DNA from: Flectonema sp. DT1601
Taxonomy: Eukaryota
Length of the DNA stretch: 64,000 nucleotides
Direction: 5' to 3'
NCBI GenBank assembly: GCA_964019425.1
Contig: OZ025795.1
Span: 124,001-188,000 of the forward strand
Shown: in pieces, positions 54,395 through 64,000 of the stretch
Position numbering within the stretch: position 1 is the first letter of the stretch
How the letters are laid out: the number at the start of each line of letters is the position of its first letter
Position numbers and translations under genes: made by a program
Notes under the pieces: generated by a model
Told to the model about the DNA's origin: nothing
The model's database searches: none
What the model saw: the letters and a program-made list of their open reading frames with translations, nothing else

Positions 54395-57300
54395 TCACAC
54401 TTCTTGTGAGTCGCTCAACTTTAAAACTCCTTTCGGAGATAGCGATCTCAGTCCTGATTTCGATTCTGTTATTTTACACAAATGTTCTTCTGCTTCGCAA
54501 CACAGTTTCGAATAAAGGTTTAATTTATCATCTGACGAAGGTGCAGAAGATGAAATGTTAATCAAATCTGATTTAAACCTTTTAAGTAGATTAGTAACTT
54601 TAAGATCCCAACCATCCGAATCGTCAGCTTTTGACTTCTGGTGATTAGGAGACAGAAGGAGAACGTCTTTGATATCGGTCGTGGGATCTGAAGTAGTGGC
54701 GGCAGCAGCTGCAGCTACCTTTGACTTTAAAACAGGTCGTATTTTTAATTTCCTCCTCAGTGGTAGTTTGTCCTCAGCTTTCACATCCGCACCCTGTTGG
54801 TGTTGTTTTGTAGAATCATGTTGTTGTTCTGCAATCTCACAATTTAAGTTCTGATCAGCCTCAGCACCAGTCTTTTGCGGGCTGCCTTTTTCATGAGTCT
54901 TATCAAGTTCCTCACTTGGATGCTGCTTTGGGGAAGATGTTTCCCCTGATAGGATTCTCCTTTTCGCTTTTCCCTTTTGCGAGAAGTCTTTCTGTTCAAC
55001 TACTTCCTTTGGAGTGTTTTCTTTTGCTTTTATTTTTTCAGGACTTTTATTTTTGTTTTGTTTAAGTAAATTGCGGGTCAGAGTTTTTCTAACCGAATCC
55101 GGTGCCAACAAGTATTGCCTAGCTTCTGATGGTTGCAGTGAGCATAAATCACCTACTGTTGTTATAGTACAAGGGATTGTACAGCCAACCCAATCTCTTG
55201 CTGATACTACTTTAGTGATCAGTGTTTTATCATTTCTTAAATCTGAGATGAAAGCATCGGATTTCTTCAGCAGCAGATCACGTCGTCGGAGTTTCATTGC
55301 ACTTGTCGGGGTCTTTTCATTACCCGGAGATGTTATTTTTTTGTTTCGAGAACGTTTTAAGCTACTTGGACTGTGGCTGCCTATAATCTGTCTTGGAGGA
55401 GTCGCTGGCAGTTCCTCATTTCTTTTATTTCTAACAATATCAGGTGTTTGACATCCCTGTGATAATTTAGTACGTCTCTCAGGTGTTTGTGAAGATCTGT
55501 CTTGAGATGAGGTTGTGATCAAATCTTTTTTTTTAATTCCATCTTGCGACTCCTTTGGTTTCACGACCACCATATCAGATGAATCATCGTGAGATATAAT
55601 AGTTTGAGCAACTTGATTAGAAACTTTCCGAGTAGAAAGGTCAACAGGAGTCATTACTGTTGACATGTCTAGTTGAGCAGATGTAAACAGAGGAGATACT
55701 TTCCTTTTATTATCAATTGGGAATTGACTTGTATTCAACGATTCGCTTAATATCACTAAACTGGCATCTCCATCGCTGAGGTTTTCAAGTACTGCTGCAA
55801 TATTCTGAGAGGTTGTTGGTTGTTGTTGGTCGGGTTCATTTGACTTTTGTCTTTTTGTAACTTGAGAGATGGCAGTGGAGGGTTTCTTACGCTTTACTAC
55901 AGCCTGAGTCTTATCATCGTCATCTACAGATCGGATGTTAGTCTTCACTAGATTGCTGTCGATTGCTTTGGTCTTATCTGACTCAACAGTTTCAATCTCC
56001 ACTTCAGCTTCAGAACAACTCAACTGTGGTGGTACCTCAACTGGTGTGCTGTCAGAAATATTTTTATTTGAGTGACTGTCGTCAAGTTTGGTAGTAGTTG
56101 GTATTACTTCAGTGGATTGATTATTTAATTCAATTAGTCGTTTTGTTTGTTCATTACCATCAGAGTCAATGATATCGACTGGTGATGATGTGCAGTTTGT
56201 TTTGATTACAATACTTTCAGAGTTTGTAGTGTCAACTATCTGTTGCGGTACTTCAGTCTCCGTACACTCAGGCGATTGCTGAACTGATTCCTTTAGATGT
56301 TTATCAGATGTTTGATCTTTATTATGAGGTGATTCCTTCTGGTGTTCTTTATCAACTGTTGTCTTTATTGAAACAACAGTTTGAGAATTCTGAGGAAGGG
56401 GTAGCTGCTCTTCGTTATTTGAGATAACTGTTGCAGACTGCTGTTGTTCACTCACCATAACTACTGTCAGATCATTATCATTACTTGTTGTTGTTGTTGT
56501 AGTTGTTGTTGTTGTGTCAACTTGTTTGTTCAACTGCTCTGTTTGATTCGTCACTGCGATTGTCAGTTGTTCGATATTTGGAGGAGTGCTTTGAATCTTT
56601 TTAATACCACCAGTACTAGGAGGAGCTATGACATCATCAGTTACGATAGTAAGGAGATTTATGTCATTAGAGTTGGTAGCCTTCGTACTCTTTTTCATTG
56701 GAGTCTGACCACCCACATCAATCGTAAACTGGTCGATCCCAACACAACATTTATCTTCTCCACTAAATGGAGGCCTTAACTGTAATTGTTGACCCTTTAC
56801 AGCAGGAGGTGATTCAGGTAGTGCTCCGCTTGAGGAACAACCCGCTGATTTGTCAGTTTTTTGTGATGTGATTTGACTGCAGCGAATCGATTGCTTTCCT
56901 TCTTTGATTTGATTATTCGGTTGAGACTTTAGTTGAGAACTCTCAGTTTTGGGTGTTGGATCTGTTGGAATGATTTCTTGTTTATTGTCTTTCTGTTCTA
57001 TTTTTAATTCATCAGATTGAAGACCTCTTTCATGAGTAGTTGTGTTGTCCTCAACAGGTGTGACTTGACTTTGTGGTTTCTGAACTTCAGCAGGAGTACT
57101 CTGTTCAATCGACTTATCAGCGGTAGGAACTTCTTCAAGAGAAGAGAGACACTCAAACTGTGATGTTCCAACAAGAGCAGGCCTATCTGAAAAGTCTGGT
57201 GCAGTTACTCCCTCCTTTACTATTCTCGTTGCTGTGATGTCCTGTGAAGGCTCGTTGGGGTAATCAGAGTTAGATTCCTCTGCGAAGAATTTTTCAAATT

Positions 57301-60300
57301 GTGTTGTGCCAACCATCTCTGTCTGTAGAAGTGCTGGTGACACAGAGCGACTGCTGGAATCTCCTTCTCTTGTTATGATTTGAAGAGATGGAGGAGAGTC
57401 TTCGATATCTTCGTTTTGTTGTTCAGTTTTATCATCTCCAGTTAGTAGATTGGTTTGATCATTTTCATGTTTTAGTACGTCAGTAGCGACCTCAGGAAGT
57501 ACTTCATTAGAATGCTGAAGTACTTTGATACCATCGATTGATTCTATTTTATTATTACAGATATCAGGAGTTGGTATAATCTGATGAGGTGTTTTAATAC
57601 TTTCATTTGTCTCTCTAACTTCTGGTGTTTCAACAGTTGATTCTGACGTACATCCAACTGATCTCCTAAACTGTGGTGATGAAGACGTTGTAATCGCGAA
57701 GTCTATTTGCCTACTGTCGGGTAAGGTATCTTTTGGTGGCGATTGTTTCTTAACTGTCGTCTCCTTTTGTTGATTTTCATTTAATTCATCCTCCGATTGC
57801 GACTGTGAGTCGATTTCTATTACTTGTGCTTTACTACAATCAGAAACTTCCTTTTTGGGAATTTGTTCCTGATGAGAAGCTGAGTCAGACGTACTGCGGT
57901 CTTTAAGAGTTTCTTTGTTTACTTCCTCTCCTTGATCACTCACAAGAGCAATAATAGAATTACTATTTATTGATGAAAACGATACTCTTTTAGAATCAAT
58001 TACCTCCACTGGATCAGGTAATGTGATTCGAGGACGATGTTTTGGTAAGTTTATCGTTTCTTCTCGAGGAGCTTTTCTCTGAGGTGTTAAAAATCTGGAC
58101 TTCGAGACTCTCGCGATCCCAATAACAGCAGTCGGCTCAGGAGGAGTTGATCGTCTTTCCTGAGTCTCAGCGATGTCGTTGATGTTAACCAAATTATTTT
58201 GTTCATAACAATCCAGTTCTTGTGATCCAGACACTTCAGGAATAGTCACAGTGATACCTGAACGTCTGGCAGATCGAAGTGCTGCAATTAACTCTGGTGG
58301 GAATCTTATTGATTGGCTACTTAGTATTCCGAAGGTTGATTGCCACAGTTGGAATCCTAATTCTAATATAAAGGCTGATTTGAATGTTAAAATTCGTGTT
58401 AAGAAATCAGATGTTAAAGTAACAGAAAGTTGAACCTTTCCATGAGGAGTACTAATGTCTGTTACGTCAAAAACTAATGCGGACTTTGCTGAACGTTTAT
58501 CAAACCCGATAGAACTGCAACAACAAGTAATCCATCGTACTAATGGTGATTGTTTTGAAGCCAACATTGATGTTATCGAACTAAACACATTTTGAAGTTT
58601 CTCATATAATTTTTTTTTTTTTTTAACTTTACAATCCAACAGTTTATCAAACAACATCTCAGTAGACGTATTGATAGCAAACATCGCTAATAAAAATTTT
58701 AATTCCGTTTCACTGTCGATGAGTTGACCACCACTCTTACTAACACACCAGTGAAATAATAATAATAAAATATCAAACAACCTCAGTAGATGGTCTTCAT
58801 TACTTGAATTTTTAATAAGAGATAAAACAACTGATGTGAGTGAAATAATAGAAGTACCTTTCATGTATGTAACATTTGATAGTAAGAAGATAACATCGTG
58901 TCTAGTCTTGGGTTGTAATACAGCAGCTTCTACATCAGGAATATAATAATCAGGTTTCACACTAGACTGTTGAATTATCCATTCGACTAGCATCATTACA
59001 ACTGTTGGGTTCGATTCTGCTATGAATGAGCTATTTTCCCAAGTCAACAACTGCAACACTGCCGTTGAAGGTTTATTACTACACTGCCATGTTGATACGA
59101 TAGGATTATCGAAGACTGGTGATCCAGGTTGGTGATTTTGAATTCCCCTATAGTATTCATTTAATATAAACAACATCTTTTTAACTATCGGAGCAAGCAC
59201 TTCTGTAACACCTGCTTGATAAGGTCTAGATGACGCATTTAATACGACTGTTAGTAGTGGCTCCCAGTTACGAGTCTTACTCAATATCGATTTCATAACA
59301 TTCTGAATTGAATCATCAGATACATTCTTAGCTGATAACAGAGTCGCAGTTGCTTTAATTGTGGCAAGTTCGAACCCGACTTTACAAGTAATATCATGTC
59401 CAAACTCAGGATTTAATAGAGTCTTACTGATCCATAGTAGATTTTGAAGTTTGTTGCTTGGTTTTCCTACGGTCAATAAATCAACGCATTGCTCAAACAA
59501 AATATTGTTTTCACAAGGGTGAGAGCATCTATTATTGTATGAAATTAATAACAATGCTTTTGAACGAGATAGGCCGGGTGCTCCAGAGAAATTTTCTGAA
59601 TCAATCCCGTGTAAGGAAGTAGTATAACAGCTACTTTGAAGACTTAATATCGTAGTTAGGCAACGTTTAATTACGTCATGGGTTGTTATTTTACAGAATG
59701 ATAAAAATATATTCATTACTTGCGTTGATATTGAAAGAGAAAGTGACTCATCAAGCAATGCAAGTTGGGCACCCAAAAACACAATAATTATGAATAGAGG
59801 TTCGAGATAACGATCGTTAACCGTTGCTGTTGGTAACGAATCACAAAATGATATTTTACAACTATCAAAAACAAATTGCACCACAGAAAGTGGTAGTGTG
59901 GGTCTAATGTAACCATCTACAAGTGAAACATGAATAGATTTATCAACAGAAAACACCTCATTAGACAGCAGGACCTTCGCAAGTGAACATCCATGAGGCA
60001 GAACAGTAGCAATTAGGTTAAAAGCAGATGTAAAAATCGCTGATAATTTTATAAAAGACTCCGAAGTATTGCTATAAAATAACGATAAATAATCCGACAC
60101 TGCCTGTCTCATAAAGTCATCTATCTCTGATGTTGATATTGATGAATTCATGTACAAAGATCGTTCCAATAATTGTTGCCATACAAACAAACCAGCAGAA
60201 CATGATTCAGAAGTGTTTTTAGAAATATTCCAAACTCGTGATCGTTCTTTCACCACCGGAACTGTAATAATATTTGATATTCTAGTCTTTCTTGTATACG

Positions 60301-61329
60301 ACGTCCACGAACCCAATAACTGCGTTAGACACAACAACCCATCAGCTAGTGGTAAGGGGTCTGATCTCGAAAGGTAGACTGACATCGCACCCAATAATTT
60401 ATTTATCGTTTTTTGCGATGATGTTGGAGAAAGGATAGCCGTATTGTAGCGTGCAGATATAGACCAGATGCAAAGATTAAAACGAGAATTGATGCCCTTT
60501 GGCAATTCCAACAACATATTTTCTTCATGCACGTTCATCTTTTCCGTTATAACACTGCAACAGCTTGGACGATCACCACACACAAATGGAGTGTATTTAC
60601 TTACAGTCGACCAAAGCAAGTTTTGACTCTCATTGTGAGCTGCTTCATTATTATTATTAAATCTTTTTATAACTTCAACCAGCCAAGGAATCCAAATGGA
60701 TTCAGCAGCAGCTACTCTTCTCTCGCAATTATTTTCTTTCTTTGATTTAACAATCTGATTTAATACTTTCACACACACACGAACATGTGTGTATGAATGA
60801 AGGTCTTCCACAGGTACAGTAATTCCTCTTATTATGGTGGAGAATAGATTGCTTGAGGGAGTGTCAGTCATTGCATATCTGATTTTAATGTTTCTTTTTT
60901 TAATAATATAAAAAGATAACCGCTTTCAACTGTCGTATTGGTTATAACATACCGTAGACCAGGAGCTGAGAGACCGACAGCAGATGCAGAAGCGGTATCG
61001 ATATCACTGCTGCGAAGAGTTATCCCGAATACGGTGGCTATTCGAATTCTCTCTTGAGAAGGTATCAAATGTGATTTAGATGAGGTTACTATGCTGCAAA
61101 GTGTTTTTAACGCCCTCCCTCCCCAGAGTCGCTCTCCACTAGCAGCAGTCTCAGCCACGATATCAATTACCCTCGGCAAGCCATCATTCAGAAGACTTCC
61201 ACTCTTTTCAACAATCTCTCGTACTCTTCGATAAGCAGCAGCTCTATTACTCGATGTATTGCAATCTGTTAGTAGCTTCGATAATTCAACGAGTCCCAAC
61301 TTATCTATATAAGAATTCTTTTTGGGCAT
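54395..61329 (-). CDS. RIF1: Large Rif1-like protein (about 2286 aa); exons 61329-60953 and 60878-54395
   Basis: A 74-nt GTATGT...CAG intron joins the two ORFs in frame. Helical N-terminal about 1000 aa, long disordered SQ/TQ-rich region, KRVSF motif, and C-terminal ITTVGDLCSLQPSEARQY resembling the Rif1 CTD. The CDS is secure; orthology is tentative. Confidence 0.6.
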
Positions 61330-62045
61330 TACTACTCCTTCCCTGTTTGTGTACTTTGGAAAAGAAGTAATCCAACAACCTAATTACAATTAATAATAAT
61401 AATTAGGAAGACTGTCACTTCCAAAATAAATAATAACTAAGCTGAGAGTAAGGAATCATAATATGATGAGCAACAGTAGTGACACCATTAAGTGAAGTGA
61501 TTGAAGAACAGAATCTCAAGAATGTATATCCAACATTTTTAGGACCAGAAAGGTCAAGAGCGAGTGATTGATCGAATGGCAACCGAAACAGAATGAAAAA
61601 AACTATTCTGAACCTTAAGAAGTCGTCTACGATTGAAGTGACTTCAGAGTCGGAATTAGAGAACCAAATCCATTCGTCTGAAGGAGGTAACAAATCACTG
61701 TCAAGACTGAGGCTACTCCCCCGAGCGTGACAGGGAAAAGGTACTCCCCTTCTCTACCTATTCGCCCACGTGTCAGATTCTCTTGAAGAGACGCGTTACA
61801 GAAACATGTTTTGAATTTACTGAAAAAAATATGAAATGTTGCAAATCATCAAATTCTAAATTAAATTCCTCCCTCGCTGAGCAAAATTGTGTGTCACTGA
61901 TATGACACATCGATTGTTAATAATATTAATAGTGCTTGTCTTTAATGTAGCACACGTCAATAATTATTTAATCATCTCTCTTCTTAATAAGAATCGACTT
62001 ATAACAGTCTTGTAGATAATACCTTCAGGGCTTCCTTAACATCAA

Positions 62046-62445
62046 TTAGCGTTTCTTGCGAGAGATGAGGATCACACCGTCGCCTCGAACGTAGAGCATT
62101 TCGACTTTTCGTGTTGTGGATTCCATAGTGTTTCCCTTAAAGTGTTTCTGTTTTGTTTTTTGTATTTTATTTACTCTCCCCCAAGAGATACAATGATAAC
62201 TAGATAATAATAAACACCTCCACAGCAGGTGATAGCATCATATTCAAATGTTCATCAAAACCGATTAGAGTTCCCGTTAATTCTCTATCACCTCTCATCT
62301 TCACAATTACATCCTTACCCAGAGATAGTCTGTTTGTTTATTATAAACTTTTTTAGTTGCATTTTTTTTTTTTTTTTATTAAAAAAAAAACTCATGTTAA
62401 GACATACGTCACTAAATCCATCGGCGCCTTTACTTCCCCCTCCAT
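62046..62445 (-). CDS. LSM3: U6 snRNA-associated Sm-like protein LSm3, 83 aa; exons 62445-62408, 62329-62218, 62147-62046
   Basis: Manual splice: [87 protein letters not shown] introns of 78 and 70 nt. Absent from the ORF track. Confidence 0.9.
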
Positions 62446-62829
62446 ATTTTAATCGATTTTTTTTTTTTTTTTTCTATTGGGGAAAAAAAAAACTTATTCA
62501 AAAAGGTCAAAAATTTTGCTGCACATCATTTTTTAAAAAAACAAAAACCTGTAGATTATATAATAATAATAAAGAACAAGATACGGACAACAACAACTTT
62601 TTTTCTCATCTATAAGTGTAAATTGGTTAAAGAAAAATAATGCAAACTGTAAAGAACTGCGGCAAATGAAAAAAAAAAAAAAAAGCCCAAACAGAACATT
62701 GAAAAAAAACCAACAAAAGTCAAAAAAGAAAAAAGTTTAATTGCAAAGTAAATGATATAAAAAGAGATGAAGCAGACAGAAGAATGAAATAAAAAAAGTC
62801 CTAAACTCAGGACTAGCCCAAAGGATCAT

Positions 62830-64000
62830 TTAATTTGATTGTGGTGTCGTCTCAGCTTTCAAGACGACATTTGACTCGAACGCAGTCTCTCCAGGGCTTT
62901 CTTGCTTTAAAGTAGAAGCGCTGGGTGATACCAGCTGTTCGTTTGTTGGAGCAGTGCAGGGCCGTTCATCATCATCATCACCTTCCATCCAGTAGACGAA
63001 TCTTTTAGTTCCAACTGGATTAGTTGGATTAAACTCACTTAATTTATTAATATCGATAACCTGTTCAATGACTTCTATATTTCTCTGAGCTAAATACTCA
63101 TCTTCAGTAGCATCCTCAGGTGGTGGTGGGAGTGGTCCAGTATGAGTTTTAATATGTAGTTGTTGCTGTCCACGCATTTGAGCTAAAAGTTCTTTAGTTG
63201 CCAAGTGATGGCGGATGATTCCCCTTTTCGATTTACGTCTCTCTCCGGTATTTTCATTATAACTTCCGAATCTAATTGCCTTCTTAACTTTACCAACAGC
63301 ATCAGGTGGCATTTGAGATTTTCTAATTGAAGACGTGCGAGATCGGGATCGCCAAATTCTACTCGCATGTGAGTTACCTGGTGTGGGACTCTCATCCTCA
63401 TCAAAGGCTGACTCTTTTCGATATCGAAGATATTTCTTAATCGAAAATGCTGCCAAAACAGCCCCAGCAAAGACGGAAATACTAATAATAATAGTAGTCG
63501 ACTGCGTACTACTAACTCCACTAACCCTCTCACCAGATAAAATAACAGGTTCTTCAGGAGGTAGAACAAAGTCAGTAGACGATGGCATTGGAGTTGAGTC
63601 ATCAACAACTACTACGGGGATTAACTCTTCCATGAACGCGAGAGCGAATATACTAAAATGTGTTATTTGACATCCGTATGAAGTTTGTCTCAGTCCTGCA
63701 GGCATAATAAGAGGGTCAAGTCTGCTGGCTGATTCTATCCTTCCAACACCTACCCAGTCTCCCCATAGCCATGTTGAATCTTCCCAATAAACACAATTAT
63801 AAGATCTTCTGTAGTTTATATCAGAAGATAATGAGAACATTATAGTTGCTATTGGTTCACTAGTATTCATTGAAGCAACGTTAATGGGTACTTTAGTAGT
63901 CTGATCTCTTACTGAAATACTAATTATAGTTGATTCCAGTAACAGAGTGTGTGTCTTCCCATCAACACCTTGTATTGTGAATGATCGGTCAGCTCCTGGA
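62830..64000 (-). CDS. Partial (5' end off-window) single-pass membrane protein with a GPS/GAIN-like motif
   Basis: The frame is open to the window end. CVYWEDSTWLW...GCQITHFSIFA is followed by a stalk, a TM helix (IIIISISVFAGAVLAAFSI) and a basic cytoplasmic tail. Confidence 0.75.
   Translation of the reverse strand, partial: PGADRSFTIQGVDGKTHTLLLESTIISISVRDQTTKVPINVASMNTSEPIATIMFSLSSDINYRRSYNCVYWEDSTWLWGDWVGVGRIESASRLDPLIMPAGLRQTSYGCQITHFSIFALAFMEELIPVVVVDDSTPMPSSTDFVLPPEEPVILSGERVSGVSSTQSTTIIISISVFAGAVLAAFSIKKYLRYRKESAFDEDESPTPGNSHASRIWRSRSRTSSIRKSQMPPDAVGKVKKAIRFGSYNENTGERRKSKRGIIRHHLATKELLAQMRGQQQLHIKTHTGPLPPPPEDATEDEYLAQRNIEVIEQVIDINKLSEFNPTNPVGTKRFVYWMEGDDDDERPCTAPTNEQLVSPSASTLKQESPGETAFESNVVLKAETTPQSN

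Noticed and set aside
61415..61820. Open minus-strand frame between LSM3 and the Rif1-like gene
   Set aside because: No in-frame ATG near its start, no identifiable upstream exon and no motif. It cannot be supported without RNA data.

Overview
Eukaryotic, gene-dense nuclear DNA, most likely euglenozoan. My inference is a diplonemid-like flagellate: every recognisable gene is on the minus strand, long U-rich tracts ending in AG precede many genes as expected for trans-splicing, short GT-AG introns of about 70-90 nt are present, there is a kinetoplastid-type CLK1/KKT10 kinase, and the pseudouridylation guides are single-hairpin AGA-box RNAs. About 29 protein genes are supported, including MTFP1, TRM6, NAE1, DDX21, CLK1/KKT10, a subtilisin, a myosin, a sphingosine-kinase-like gene, 3x RPS5, a Rif1-like protein, LSM3 and a GPS-motif membrane protein. 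Highlights: (1) Four GILT thiol-reductase paralogs have an in-frame TGA at the catalytic N-terminal Cys of CXXC (giving UxxC), and each is followed by a structurally conserved, sequence-divergent, non-canonical GUGA-type SECIS-like hairpin with a long apical arm. This points to a selenoprotein family that the ORF track splits in two. (2) A 5.2-kb tandem array at 41.5-46.7 kb is an amplified cluster of about 36 C/D and AGA-box snoRNA copies. (3) A 182-bp repeat inside RPS5 intron 2 (2, 2 and 9 units) is a cassette of two single-hairpin AGA-box snoRNAs. All RNA structures and rRNA targets were derived by eye from remembered rRNA sequences and need computational confirmation.
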